DNA of 64,000 bases. It comes from Eledone cirrhosa. Taxonomy: Eukaryota. Positions 28,532-43,130 of the stretch are shown here, piece by piece. The stretch lies in NCBI GenBank assembly GCA_964016885.1, contig OZ024753.1, positions 29,140,001-29,204,000 on the forward strand, given 5' to 3'. The translations under genes and the position numbers were made by a program. Below the pieces are notes generated by a model that was not told the origin of the DNA, searched no databases, and saw only the letters and a list, made by a program, of their open reading frames with translations. How positions within the stretch are numbered: the stretch's first letter is position 1; every line of letters starts with the position of its first letter.

Positions 28532-28872
28532 ATATATATATATTATATATATATATATTATATATATATATTATATATATATATATATATTATAAAAATA
28601 TATATATATTATATATATATATATTATAAATATATATATTATATATATATATATTATAAATATATATATTATATATATATATATGTTATATATATATATT
28701 ATAAATATATATATTATATATATATATTATATATATATATATATTATATATATATTATATATATATATATTATATATATACATATTATATATACATATAT
28801 ATTATATATATATATTATATATATATATATTATATATATATATATATTATATATATATATATATTATATATA

Positions 28873-28916
<44 letters not shown>

Positions 28917-29238
28917 ATATATATATATTATATATATATATATATTATATATATATATTATATATATATATATTATAAAAATATATATATATTATATATA
29001 TATATATTATAAATATATATATTATATATATATATATTATAAATATATATATTATATATATATATATGTTATATATATATATATTATAAATATATATATT
29101 ATATATATATATTATATATATATATATATATATTATAAATATATATATATATATTATATATATATATATTATAAATATATATATATTATATATATATATT
29201 ATATATATATATATATTATATATATATATATTATATAT
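27730..29238. repeat. Degenerate AT satellite
   Basis: About 1.5 kb almost purely A/T. Confidence 0.95.
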
Positions 29239-29239
29239 A

Positions 29240-30410
29240 AGTAAGATGTATGGTAGGTCGTATGTGAATCGCGATGATCACGTCTGACCTTGAGAGAACT
29301 ATAGAAGGCTCTTTGAATTAACCTTTAATTGATTAGTTTCTTTCAATTTAGTAGGGAATATCAAAACTCCGTAAGTTTTCTGAAATTTGTAAACGTGATC
29401 TCGGGGGAAGAAAGTTTTTTTCTTTCGGGAAAAAGGCTTTTTTCTCTCGAAGGAATTTCATAGGAAACTTTATATATTTTTTTAGGGAAACTTTATATTT
29501 TTATTTTTTATCTTATTAGCCTCTTAATTTCTTCTAGTTTAGTAGGTTTATTGGAGCCTGTAAGCTTTATGCACTTATTGAGGGATTTTTTAAGGTGCTT
29601 CTACGGGACCCCAAGTCTTTTAGTTTACTGTTAATGCGTAAATTATATATTATTTATTTACGTATTTATTTACTTATATACGTTTATATAATTATTTATT
29701 TATTTGTACACAAGCATACACACATACACATATTTATATGTGCGTGGTTTTGTATACCTATGATAAGGTTTTGCGTATGCTTGTGTATGTACGTATCTGT
29801 TTGCGTGTATGTATTTATTTGTTCCTATTACTTCTGTATTGTATTTATTTACTTTGTTCTTAACTCTGTAGCGGAGATTTATTCGGTCTCCTAGTTAGAA
29901 TTTTAGTCTACGACTTCTGCTATACCATTTACGTGGTTTTGTCTTTGCACGCTATTGTTCTCCACGCCCCACATATGACTTATTATCTTCGTTTTTTCGT
30001 TCATTGCCAGAGAACGTCTCTATGCACCACTTAGAGAACATTAGTCTACGACCTCTTTTATACCATAAACGTGGTTCTGTCCTTGCACGTAATTGTTTTT
30101 CACCGCTCCTATTAATGACGTATTATTCGTTTTTTCCCGTTCTTTGCCAGCGAACGTCACCATGAACCAAAGTATCGTCTTCCTGTCTTCCTCCGGTTGC
30201 AACGTTTTTTGAAATATCCATTTCTGCTTTTACAGATTGACTTTGTTAGTTTCAGAAGATGCCGTTAAGGGTGAAAGCAGCGATTCTTTGCTTAAACTTT
30301 AATCTGTTATTTTAATAAATATTTGCTCTTCGGTTCTTATATATTTGATATATATTTTCCTTATCGAGCCCTCTCTGGATTTTAGTCTTCAATTTTATTA
30401 TTATTACTAT
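29240..30410 (+). mobile_element. Probable non-coding 3' region of a PLE ending in a pLTR with CAGAAGA-core HHR (30248-30298)
   Basis: T-rich strand like the 24.7-26.4 kb UTR; end homologous to 22512-22745; AT-flanked. Confidence 0.5.
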
Positions 30411-30451
30411 ATATATATTATATATATATATATATATTATAAATATATATA

Positions 30452-31887
30452 TGCGGTTCAACCTACGCGCATGCGCACTACGGTCCCACCTTCACGTATG
30501 CGCAGTACGGTCGAACCGTCGCGCATGCGCACTACGGTCCAACCTTAGCGCATGCGCAGTGTTGTCCAACCTTGGCGCATGCGCAGTGCGGTCCAGCCTT
30601 CATGCATGCGCAGTGGGATCCAACCTTCGCGCATGCGCAGTACGGTCCAACCGTCGCGCATGTGTACTGCAGTCCGACCTTAGCGCATGCGCAGTGCGGT
30701 TCAACCTACTCGCACGATAAGTACGGTCCAACCGTCGCGCATGCGCTATACGGTCCAACCTTGGCGCATGCGCAGTACGGTACAACCGTCGCGCATGCGT
30801 ACTGCGGTCCGACCTTAGCGCATGTGCAGTGCGGTTCAACCTACGCGCATCAGCAGTACGGTCCGACCGTCGCGCATGCGCTATACGGTCCGACCTTAGC
30901 GCATGCGCTGTACGGTCCGACCTTCCCGCATGCGCACTACGGTCCAAACTTAGCGCATGCGCAGTGTTGTCCAACCTTCCCGCATGCGCAGTACGGTCCA
31001 ACCGTCGCGCATGCGCACTACGGTCCAACCAAAGCTCGTGCGCACTACGGTCCAACCTTGGTGCATGCGCAGTGCTGTCAAACCTTGGCGCATGCGCAGT
31101 GCGGTCCATCCTTCGCTCATGCGCAGTGGGATTCAACCTTCGCGCATGCGTACTGCGGTCCGACCTTAGCGCATGCGCAGTGCGGTACAACCTACGCGCA
31201 TGAGCAGTACGGTCCAACCATCGCGCATGCGCTATACGGTCCAACTTCGCGCATGCGCAGTACGGTCCAACCGTCGCACATGCGTACTGCGGTCCGACCT
31301 TAACGCATGCGCAGTGTTGTCCAACCTTCACGCATGCGCAGTACGGTCCAACCTTAGCGCATGCGCACTACGGTCCAATCTTGGCGCATGCGCAGTGGGA
31401 TCCAACCTTCTCGCATGCGCTGTGCGGTCCAACCGTCGCGCATGCGTACCGCGGTCCGACCCTAGCGCATGCGCAGTGCGGTTCAACCTACGCGCATGCG
31501 TACTGTGGTCCGACCTTAGCGCATGCGCAGTGCGGTTCAACCGTCGCGCATGCGCTATACGGTCCGACCTTCGCGCATGCGCAGTGCTGTCCGACCTTGG
31601 CGCATGCGCAGTACGATCCGACCTTGGCGCATGCGCAGTACGATCCTACCTTGGCGCATGCGCAGTACGATCCGACCATGGCGGATGCCCTGTACGATCC
31701 GACCTTCGCGCATGCGCAGTACGATCCGACCTTCACGCATGCGCAGTACGAGCCAACCTTCGCGCATGCGCAGTACGGTCCAACTTCCGCGCATGCACAC
31801 TACGGTCCAACCTTCGCGCATGCGCAGTGCTGTCCAACCTTGGTGCATGCGCATTGCGGTCCAACCTTCACGCATGCGCAGTGGGAT
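30452..31887. repeat. 27-bp CpG-rich minisatellite, about 53 units
   Basis: Consensus CGGTCCAACCTTCGCGCATGCGCAGTA; 9-aa periodicity in the ORF track. Confidence 0.95.
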
Positions 31888-31942
31888 AGATAGATAGATA
31901 GATATGTTTATATGATGAAACAGTTCTAATCCTGTAGAAGCC

Positions 31943-31988
<46 letters not shown>

Positions 31989-32630
31989 CGTAGACATTTG
32001 TTGGTGTCGTTTCTGCATAGTGGTGTCTGAAGGGTGCTCTACCGAAGGGGTAATATAAACTTATATATATATATGTATATATATGTAGCCCTTATCGATT
32101 CCCCTTGGATTTTGATCTTTGTATTTATTTGTACAACTACTATATATATATACGCACTCAAAACCACATATACATATGCAATGATAAGAAATTCCTTCCC
32201 TCGATACTTCTCTCCATCATCGTCTGCTTTCTATTTTCCAGTTTTGTTTTCCATACATCTTCCTCTCATACAAAAATATACAGAGACATAGTGAAAATCA
32301 TAAAGAAAATATACACTCAGATGTATGCACAGGCATATACACGCATTGAAATGTATTTAGAACTGTAAAAAAATATATATATTTCTAGTCTTAAGATCAT
32401 TCAAATAAATAGCGGAATCTCTACTTCCAACTAAAAGTCAAATAACAAGAGACCTACACAAATGATACCCATACGTTTATTGAAAGTAAACGGAAGTTAG
32501 CAGATTCCATTTAAACAGATTTTGAACCAAAAGAAATCATATCGTTGATATCATACATACATACATACATACATACATACATACATACATACATACATAC
32601 ATACATACATACATACATACATACATACAT

Positions 32631-33238
32631 GGTGGCTGCCAACTCGTTGTCGAGTACGGCCACTACTTTATATCCATGTAGGAGAACCCCTACCGATGCG
32701 CTGAACGAGTGTGACTTTTTAGTCCAGCCAGCGACTTGAAAACTCTGGTACAAACACTACACTTGTGACAATTATTGACACATAGTGCTGGGCCCATGGT
32801 ACCATGTGACGACAAGTGCAGAGAGATCTCCAGATATAAAGCAATGCCTGTGCCGTGAAGCTTTTATAGTGATCAAAGGCACTGCACAAAGCCAGTCCCA
32901 CTCTCTTAACCAAGATGATATTTACCAAAAAGAACAAGTCAACATCATTGGATACCATCAGGGTTGCAAGTGTTATATTAGAGTTTTCCTTCTCCTAGAA
33001 TTCTGCCTTGACAAAGGCTAAGGGGTCATCTCTCCCGGTGATTTTGGATGGACATTGACTCTTAAGAGCTCCTTTGCTCTTTGACAGGTTTTGTTTTTCG
33101 TCCTGCAGGATGTCCAAAGTCACCCTCCTCACCAAGAAACCTTGGTGGGGTTGCCAGTTTAGTCGCCAACGACCCGACCATGGGACAGATTGTATTGGGA
33201 TACATGTTACCAGTAGCACCAACTGGTGACCTGACACA
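32631..33238 (-). mobile_element. Non-autonomous RTE-derived bipartite element (5' UTR plus 3' end)
   Basis: Minus strand has CTAGGAGAAGGAAAACTCT (RTE 5'UTR-like) and a terminal C2H2 motif [22 protein letters not shown]; copies at 61013 and 63600. Confidence 0.7.
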
Positions 33239-33619
33239 GTATACATACATACATACATACATACATACATACATACATACATACATACATACATACATAC
33301 ATACATACATACATGATTATGATGATTATGATGATGATGCAGGCTGCAATCCGATTTCGAGTAATCCCATCACTTGATACTTAAGCATGAGTATCACAGG
33401 TGTGGCTTTTTAGTCCGGTCAAGGACTTGCCTATGGCCAGCAATGCCATGCATCACAAACAATGTCACATATCAAGCACTGTCTGTGCTTGAAGCTTTTT
33501 TAAGTGAGGAAAAGCTTTGTATGGGACCAATCCCACTCTCTGAACTCTTGAATGTATTTACCCATACATACGGAGTGCCCGTAGTAGTAGCCTGTATGTA
33601 TATACATGCTACTACTACG

Positions 33620-33925
33620 GGCACTCCGTCGGTTACGACGATGAGTGTTCCAGTTGATCCGATCAGCCTGCTTGTGAAATTAACGTGTAAGTGGCTGAGC
33701 ATTCCACGGTCACGCATGCCTTAACATTATTCTTAGGGAGATTCAGAGTGACATAGAAGGTGACAAGGCTGGCCTTTCGAATTACAGGTACAACTCATGT
33801 TTGCCTGCTGAGTGGACGTGAAATAAAGTGTCTTGCTCAAGGACACAACGTACCGCCGGGAATCGAACTCACGGCCTTACTATTGCGAGCCGAATACCCT
33901 AACTACAGAGCCACACGCCTTGACA
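33620..33925 (-). mobile_element. tRNA-derived SINE (second family)
   Basis: Minus strand GGCGTGTGGCTCTGTAGTTAGG..GAGTTCGATTCC..TGTCCTTGAGCAAGACAC. Confidence 0.75.
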
Positions 33926-34479
33926 TACATAATGGCTGCACCTCGGTTTCGAGAATTGCCACCCCTTGACCTTTTTCACATACATGGGTGGCACGAACAT
34001 AACTTTTTAGCCAATCTAGAATGATTTCCTTGTAAAAACTAGGGTCTCTCTCGCTCTCGGTGGGTTAACCACGTGCTTGTGCGGCAAACCGAGTATTTCC
34101 ATGTCTCCGCGCACATACATATATACATACATACGTACATACATACGTACATATACACGTACGTACATACATGTATGCATACATACATACATATCTTACA
34201 AAGGCATCTGAGAACAGAAAGACCTAACCCACACAGAACTTCACCGTGTCACGACAAAGAAACATTGCTCGTCGGAAATGTATATCACATTCAAAATCTG
34301 GGAAAATGAGAACATTCACTGAAGCTGTTACATGTTCTCACAAAGGCAGTACACATTGTATAATGTAGTCCTCGGTTGGCAATGACTTAGATTAGGGTGG
34401 CGGGGTGGCGATTATAAATTAATTCTTCTGATCACACATCTACTCAGCAGGAATGATTCTTCTTCTTATCCTTCTCCTT

Positions 34480-34740
34480 CTTCTTCGCCCACTTATTACT
34501 GGTAGGGCAGAGTCCTCAAACACTTCCTCCAGCGGGTCCTGTCAGAAGCAACCATCTCCAATTGATCCAGTTGGATCCTCAAGTGAGACAAACCAAGCTC
34601 ATGGATGTTATCTAACCAGCTTTCTTAGGGTCTTCCTCTGGGTCACCTGCTGGCTGCTTTTTTTTTTTTTTTTTTTTTTTTTTTGTGGGGTGTTTCAACC
34701 CGTAAAATCTGTTCAGTGATTCTTTCCTTAGATACAATTA
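34480..34740 (-). mobile_element. RTE LINE 3' fragment
   Basis: Similar to 1480-1660; (CTT)-rich tail on the plus strand. Confidence 0.55.
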
Positions 34741-35014
34741 AACGTCAAAATATTTCTCTGCGTTCGCGTAACTATGACGAGAGTTCGCCTGACTAAACAT
34801 CTCATAGTTATGTAGTGTCATCTCTCTTCGTTATTGATTCAAGTCAAAACTGGTTTGACCTAGCCTTTCATCTTTCCACGGTCGATAAAATAAAACAACA
34901 GACAAGTCTAGAAGTCGACACGGTCGCCTACACCCACTCAAACATTTCTGGCCTTATGCCTGTCACGCATACTCATTATCACTATCATCACCACCAAAAT
35001 AACTGAGTGTATTG

Positions 35015-35076
<62 letters not shown>

Positions 35077-35125
35077 CGTTGTTGTTGGTGTTATTGCTGC
35101 TGCTGCTACTACACTACTACTACTA

Positions 35126-35190
<65 letters not shown>

Positions 35191-35945
35191 GATCACGATG
35201 ATGATGATAGTAATAATATTGATCGTGTTATATATAATCTTGGTACTTATAATGGTGCTGGCCAACAGTGTCCGTGGTGGTGGTGGTGGCGTGGGTAGTG
35301 GTTTTGGTAGTGGTGTTGTTGTTGGTGGTGGTGGTGATAGTAGTGGTGATGGTGATAGTAGTGGTGATGGTGGTGGTGTCAGAGGTGATGGCAGGGATAT
35401 TGGTATTGGTAGTGGTGGTGTTGTTGTTGGTGGTGTTGGTGGTGTTGGTGATGGTGGTGGTGTCAGAGGTGATGGCAGGGATATTTGTATTGGTAGTGGT
35501 GGTGTTGTTGTTGGTGGTGTTGGTGATGGTGGTGGTGTCAGAGGTGATGGCAGGGATATTGGTGTTGATAGTGGTGGTGTTGGTGGTGGCGGTAGTGGTA
35601 GTGATAGTGATGGTTGTGATGATAGTGATAGTGATGGTGGTGGTGGTGTTTATAGTGTTGGTAGTGGCAGTAGTTTTAGTAGTGATGGTGTTGGTGTTGA
35701 TGGTGATAGTGATGGTGTTGGTGTTGGTGTTGGTAGTGATGGTGTTGGTGGTGATAGTGATGGTGTTGGTGGTGATAGTGATGGTGTTAGTGGTGATAGT
35801 GATGGTGTTAGTGGTGATAGTGATGGTGTTGGTGATGGTGTTGGTGTTAGTGGTGTTAGTGGTGATAGTGATGGTGTTGGTGTTGGTGTTGGTGTTAGTG
35901 GTGTTAGTGGTGATAGTGATGGTGTTGGTGTTGGTAGTGTTGGTG
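35015..35945. repeat. Compound trinucleotide array (ACT)n/(GGT,GAT,AGT)n
   Basis: Directly visible; includes three copies of GGTGTCAGAGGTGATGGCAGGGATATT. Confidence 0.9.
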
Positions 35946-36252
35946 CCAACGTTGGTTATGACATACCAACATACTTTTAAATAACAATTCACTATTGTTA
36001 ATTAATGCAGTAGTGATATTAAAGCTTCTCTGTGTTGCATTACAGTATTCTAACTCCCACACACCCCAACACAACACCCAGACTTAATACACATATATGC
36101 ATATACACTGGAACATGTGCATTGAATACAAGTGTATATACACTAACATAACCATATATAAATGCATATTTATTACCGTATTTTCTCTATCTTTCTATCT
36201 CCCTCCTTCTCCTTCCACCCGCTCTCTTCTCTCTCTCAGCATATATATGTTT

Positions 36253-36362
<110 letters not shown>

Positions 36363-36474
36363 TATGCATAATTGTATATATATATATATATATATACATA
36401 CATATGTATGTGTCTATGCATAATTGTATATTTATATATATATATATATACATATGTATGTGCCTATGCATAAT

Positions 36475-36512
<38 letters not shown>

Positions 36513-36919
36513 CGTATGTATGTGTATATATATATATATATATATACATATGTACATACATATTCATATATATATATGTGTGTGTGTACACATACATATG
36601 TACATATATATATATATGCATACATATATACATACATACACAATTATGCAAATGCACAGACATGGAGTATACTTGGTAATATAAGTATATACATGTTCAT
36701 ATGTATATGGATGGTGAGTATATTAATAACTACCAAATCTATAAACTTCTCTTTATAATCTTGCCCACTTACTATATATCATATAATCCCTTCCACCAGA
36801 ACCTATTATGTCACTCTACTCTGCTTTCTCTATCAAACATGAATGTTACTATTCTATTCAATGTTACTGGAGTTTTACAATTCCCTGTATTAACAAACGG
36901 CTAGTGTTTCCTACTGCCT

Positions 36920-37190
36920 GTTGTGTTTATTTCCAAGGCAATTATGATTTTACGTTGGTCCAGTTCACTCAGCTGGAGAAATGAATTGTAGTGTCACAGG
37001 TGCCAAGCTGTATCGGCCATTACCATTTCTTTGGACAACATCGGCGGCGTGGAGAGCGGAGACTGGTATGGTATGCATGGGAAACCGCCGGCCTTCCACA
37101 AACAACCATGCCCGAACTTGTGCCTCAGAGGGGAACTTTCTAGGTGCAAATTCTTTAGTCATTCGTGATCGAAGGGAGTCTTTACTTTTA
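36920..37190 (+). mobile_element. SINE 3' part (family of 38761)
   Basis: Similar to 38850-39090. Confidence 0.7.
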
Positions 37191-38121
37191 CTATGATTTC
37201 CTTTTTAGTTGATTTGACAGCACCGGCTGGCAACAGCCAAATCTCCCAGTGAAATCTCTCAGCAGCCTTGGCCAGCTGGTCTCTCTTCAATTTCCTCAAG
37301 CCACACCCTCCTCATAGATCAGGGGTCGGCACCACCGGCCCGCGAAGGATTTTGTTGTCCGGCTCGCCAACAGATTTCAATCTTAGGCAAAGCAGTCTCT
37401 GAAAAAATGCTCTGAATTATTTTGTATTAGATATCACTGGTAAAAATACTCATGAGATATATTAGTTACATTCTCACAGGTCATGGTTTCAGTTTTGTAG
37501 AATATCTTATACGTTATTAACAACAAATAACGTTAGAAATATCGGTAAGACTCTCACAAGTTGACTTTGTGATGAGATTTATATTCCTGATTGAAGTCAT
37601 TTCACGTAGGCCATTAATGCTCTGGATAAAAGTAATAAATAACTAATAAATTTATATTTAACTTTGAATACACTGTGGGGCTTTTGTAACTATTCGAAAC
37701 AATCTGATAATATCAAAGACATAACAAAGAGGTATTTTTTTATTTTATTTAGGTGTATGTGGGTTGCCATCAGGGAAGTAATTTAGCAACTCAAAGAATC
37801 CCTCATTACCGTATAACCCCCACTTGTTATCTATGACAAGAACAGAGCTGTAATTCTTGGTGACGAAGTCCTCCTCCACAATAAAGGAAATACAGCTGTT
37901 TATTTGTATGGACAATGATTAATTTAACAGTCTCTCTATCACCCACGTGCATCCGTTGAGGACTGATGGTACGTTTATCGCACAGCCAACCGAGTGTTTC
38001 ATACAGTTTCGATCCCTGATCAAACCCATTTCAATTCACATATATCTCATAGCTGTTTAGGTGTTGTTACTAACATGGAGAAATATAGAATCTGCCAAGA
38101 AGATGTGTTCTTTGATAATAC

Positions 38122-38300
38122 CAGTGCGGGATTTACCATTGTGCTTAGGTGTGCTTAAGCTGAGGGCAACATGGGGCCCGTTGGCCAGGATTGGTGGGCC
38201 CATCTTGCTGCCAAACATTTTTTTACCTCCTTCAGGGCCCAAATAAGGAGCTTCATAACGTAACTAACACAGGGCCTCATTTGTCCTAAATCCAGCACTG
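38122..38300. mobile_element. hAT MITE
   Basis: TIR CAGTGCGGGATTTA / TAAATCCAGCACTG; decayed 8-bp TSD GATAATAC / GATATTAT. Confidence 0.7.
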
Positions 38301-38760
38301 GATATTATTACCTACAGAAAAGGAGTCTCTACGTGTTCACTCGATTTACTAGAAATAGCAGCGAAATCAGCAAATCAAAGTCTATATCCTTAAATATGAG
38401 AATACATTAGATAATTATAGAATTGCTCGTCAAGGGATAACTTGGCGCTAAACGACAACATCTGGAATATGTCAGTGTTGCCAAAACAACCTATAGTGGA
38501 TTACAGAATATTTGTATTTTCAAATCTACATTGCAACATATCCACACGCAGATTCTCTCAAATTACTCACTTCCCCATACTCTCAAAAAGAAAAAAAAGT
38601 CACTACTTCCCAGATTAATTCAGTAATATTTTCACCCACATATTCATTCAAAGCTGCACTTGTCCATCGCTCATTCACTCACCCACTTTATTCCCCCTTC
38701 TTGTCATCTATTCGCTCATCTAGTTACTCAGCAACTTACCCACTCAGTTATTCCTATGAA

Positions 38761-39090
38761 GGCGCATGACTTAGTGGTTAGAACGTCGGGCTTACAATCG
38801 CGAGGCTGTGAGTTCGATTCTTGGATCGGGCTCTGAGTTGTGTTCTTCGGCAAGACACTTTATTTCACGTTGCTCCAGTTTACTCAGCTGTAGAAATGAA
38901 TTGCAACGTCACTGGTGCCAAGCCTTTGTCTTTCCCTTGGACAACATTGGTGACGTGGAGAAGCAAGACTGGTATGCATGGGCAACTGCTGGTCTTCCAC
39001 AAACAACCCTGCCCGGACTTGTGCCTCGGAGGGGAACTTTCTAGGTGCAAATCCCATGATCATTCGTAACCGAAGGGGGTCTTTACCTTT
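38761..39090 (+). mobile_element. tRNA-derived SINE (second family), full length
   Basis: GGCGCATGACTTAGTGGTTAG (box A), GAGTTCGATTC (box B). Confidence 0.8.
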
Positions 39091-39949
39091 TTTTTTTATT
39101 CCTTTCCTCTAACACAAATAAACCTTCTCACTAGTTCTTCTTTTCATTTATTATTACCAACTAATTCACTTAAAATTTGGCAACAACTCCTGCCTTTCCT
39201 CACTCATTAACTCATTAGCTTAATCGATTGAGCTAAACTAGACAATCTAGACATTAGCTAAACTAGACAATAAACCAATTGATCCCCCTCTCAGATAATT
39301 TAATAATCCAGCCCAGAGATTCATATTCTTCTTCCCGTATTTGTTCAATCATTGAGTCTTTCATAGCTAAATTCAGTCAAGTATTTACTTACTCATTGAT
39401 TTACTCACTAAGGTATCTATTGAGAACCAGAATAGATTAAGCTCTAGTTATAAATAGGTTATCATAAAGAGATAAAACATATCGCTATTGCTTACAGAAA
39501 CACTGCATCATTAACTAGGATAGCAGAGATAAAACTGTTGGAGAGGAAAAGGAAACTTTACCATAACCTGATATTATTTTTTTAATATCTTGAAAATAAG
39601 GATATAGGCTCACAGCAACACAGGAGCTAATTAAAAAAACCTGTAGTGAATGTAAAACGCAGGTTTGATGGGGTCAAACGTTTTACTGATGGCTTGAATA
39701 TAATATTCTAAGTTACTGAGTGAAGGTTTTGATGTAGTATAACACCCATAATAAGATTCGAACCTTTCTTAAGTTACGTTCCAGACACAAGCTTAATGTG
39801 TAGTATTCTTGATTATTTTCAAAATCACTTGAAAACATTAGATTGAGATGAAAGAATAGAATGTAAAATAAGAAAAGATTTAAACAAAACGTAAAAGGTA
39901 GGGAAAGGCAAGGGTTCTAGTGTCACAGAAGAGTGGGGGACGGTGATGG

Positions 39950-40095
39950 GCTCTGGGACTAGGGCACGGCAGTAATGGGGCTGCGCCCCACGAACAATTC
40001 CAAAAGCAGTCTCGCAGACAATGGCCAGCGACACCCGCTGCAACAGCCACCCCACATCGCGGGGCTCCTTCCTCAGACTATCCAACAATCAGCAG
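39950..40095 (-). pseudogene. CRE-clade non-LTR retrotransposon 3' remnant
   Basis: Minus strand EPRDVGWLLQRVSLAIV resembles the CRE C-terminal FQRLSxAxxRGNA motif. Confidence 0.45.
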
Positions 40096-40476
40096 TTTTT
40101 AACAGCTAGGGCCAACGCTGTGTGACAGAGGATATTTCATAATTTTCTGCAGTTAATTAATTGTACATCCTTATTCCAAATGTTAAATTAGATATGTCAT
40201 ATAATGTGTCGTTATTTCCTTCATTTAAATTAGATTTCCCACCCGGATTGAGTTAAATGTTTTTGAAATATAAATCTACTCCGTTATGATTTTTTAAAGA
40301 GCAATGCTGCAAGTACGTGATTTAATTATAACTAATGTAGCAGTCTTGTCATTCTGAATGCATCTGTTGCCTTTTAAGTGTAGGCGTTTCAGGTTTATAT
40401 GTTTACGTAAATACACCGATATACACACACACGTACACACAAACACACATACATACACGCTCGCACATAGACCATA

Positions 40477-40542
<66 letters not shown>

Positions 40543-41384
40543 GTTTATCAAATATGCACATATTTCCAAATATTCAAATACCAACCATTCTATTCGTCTT
40601 TCTTCCTATGACCCTGTCTCGTATATGTGTATGGTCCCGTAACTCCTGATAAAGTCGTAGGGGCGCCGTATTGACATATCGCGTTTCTTGGGCATTTTAA
40701 AGCCTGGCAGAGCCGAACCCTCTCCAGGCCTGAGTACAGCAGATTTCTTCCAGAGAAAGATGGAAAGTGAGAGAGCAAATGAGAAAGAGACATAGGGGAA
40801 CACTGGTACTTTTTAATGGTACTTTTTAATGACCTCAAAAGTGTTAAAGGCAAAGTTGAGCTCGACGGGATTTGAACTCAGAGAGCAGTGAACCGGAACG
40901 AATACCATAAAGCATTCTATCCGACGTTCTAACGAATCTGTCAATTCGCGGCCTCATCTCCTCCATATGTAAACTAGAACCTGCACTGTTTCACTGTATT
41001 AACTGCGCCGTAGTCCACTATCCATATTTTACGACTCTGCACAAAGTAAACAGAAAGAGAATCGTCGACAACAAATCATATCAATTGTACCTTCTCTCTG
41101 GAGTATAGTAATATCTTTATTACCCTCGGGATCTCGTTAATTAAATATGTATTAGAGATTACACCTTTTTTTACATGCTAACTAAATATTATCTCCCTAA
41201 AGTAAATCAGGCTGCTTTGGCTAACTACCGTTTTATATATGCATATCTATGGTAACAGGGTAATAACCACCTAGAGACGCGAAAATGAACACCAAAACTT
41301 CATCAGCGGAACAGTAGTGGTGGTGTTGGTGATGGTGGTAACAAATGCCATGGCGACGATGCCTGTCGATGGGAAAGTCGATTA

Positions 41385-41547
41385 AATCGACCCCAGTGCA
41401 TGACTCGTACTTTATTTAATCGACCTCGTAAGGATGAAATGCAAAGTTAACCTCAGCTGGATCTGAACTCAGACCATAAAGGGTCGTAACTCTATGCTGC
41501 GAAGCATGGTGTCCGATGCTCTACCGATACTGCCAATCCGCCGCCCC
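41385..41547 (-). mobile_element. tRNA-derived SINE (main family, diverged)
   Basis: Similar to the reverse complement of 22293. Confidence 0.75.
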
Positions 41548-42027
41548 TTTCTTGAAGATAATAATGGTTTCAAAGACCAAGCCAAAAGCCCAAGATTTTG
41601 AGAGCTGCAACATTCAATGAAAGCGACCTCAATATTTGAATGGTATTGTTTTATAATCGACCATGGAATCTTAACAGGCGAACTTATTAAAACGACACCA
41701 CCACATAGCAAGCAGCAAAATAGAAGTTAAAAAACCCAAAACAATAATAACAACAACAACAATAACAACATGGACAAACTTCTATGACGTTTGTTTATAC
41801 CTGACAATATTTATTCTAACTTATATACTGTAGTAAATGTACGGACTACTTGCAGTGCATCAGTGACATCTGAGATATATTTCTGTGGCATGTATCTTTG
41901 GTAAACAACCATAAATAGTAGCTATCATCACAGAGAATATAGCACTATAGAGATATAAGCTATATAAACTTCATCTAACAACGTTTAGAAGAATGTAATG
42001 ATAAATAAAACTAAAATAAAATTTACT

Positions 42028-42060
<33 letters not shown>

Positions 42061-42130
42061 CCTATGAACTCTCGCAACTGAAAGGTATGGTACATAGAAG
42101 AAATGACAAGAAAGTCTCTCTCTCTCTCTC

Positions 42131-42175
<45 letters not shown>

Positions 42176-42193
42176 ATATATATATACATACTC

Positions 42194-42226
<33 letters not shown>

Positions 42227-42264
42227 CATATACATACATATACATATATATATATATATACGTA

Positions 42265-42603
42265 TATGGCTTAGTGGTTAGAGCATTGGCCTTGCAATCG
42301 AAAGGTTGTGAGTTCAATTCTCAGACCGGGTGATGTGTTGTTTCCTTGAGCAAGGCACTTTATTTCACATTGCTCCAGTTTACTCAGCTGTAGAAATGAG
42401 ATGATAGGGACTGGTGTCCCTATCATTCCACTGTAAAGTGGTCGTGGAGGTGCCACGGCAAAAAAGCACCCAGCACTCACTGTAAATGAGGTTGGTGTTA
42501 GGAAGGGCATCCAGCTGTAGAAATCAAGCCAGCATCAGTTCCCATCCCACCCTTGCAAGCAGGGAAAAAGCGGATGTAAAATGAAATGATGATGATGATG
42601 ATG
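42265..42603 (+). mobile_element. tRNA-derived SINE with (GAT)n tail
   Basis: TGGCTTAGTGGTTAG, GAGTTCAATTC, GGAAGGGCATCCAGCTGTAGAAA. Confidence 0.75.
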
Positions 42604-42688
42604 ATACATACATACATATATATATATACATATACATACATACATGTATATATATATATATACATACATACATACATACATACATACA

Positions 42689-42724
<36 letters not shown>

Positions 42725-42807
42725 TATACATATACATACATACACATATATATATACATATACATACATATACATACATATATATATACATACATATATA
42801 CATATAC

Positions 42808-42862
<55 letters not shown>

Positions 42863-42989
42863 CACATATATATACATACATATATATACATATATATATA
42901 TACACATATATATACATACATATATATACATATATATATATACACATATATATACATATATATATATACACATATATATATACATACAC

Positions 42990-43034
<45 letters not shown>

Positions 43035-43092
43035 CATGTATATATATACATATATATACATACATATACATGTATATATATGCATACATATA

Positions 43093-43130
<38 letters not shown>

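Noticed and set aside
30451-31944. Repeat-protein ORFs (AHAQYGPT)n, or a CRISPR-like array
   Set aside because: Open in several frames on both strands because the unit is 27 bp; a 1-bp indel shifts the frame; no unique spacers and no cas genes
35012-35992. Gly/Asp/Ser-rich 322-aa ORF with hydrophobic stretch
   Set aside because: Derived from trinucleotide arrays; open in several frames
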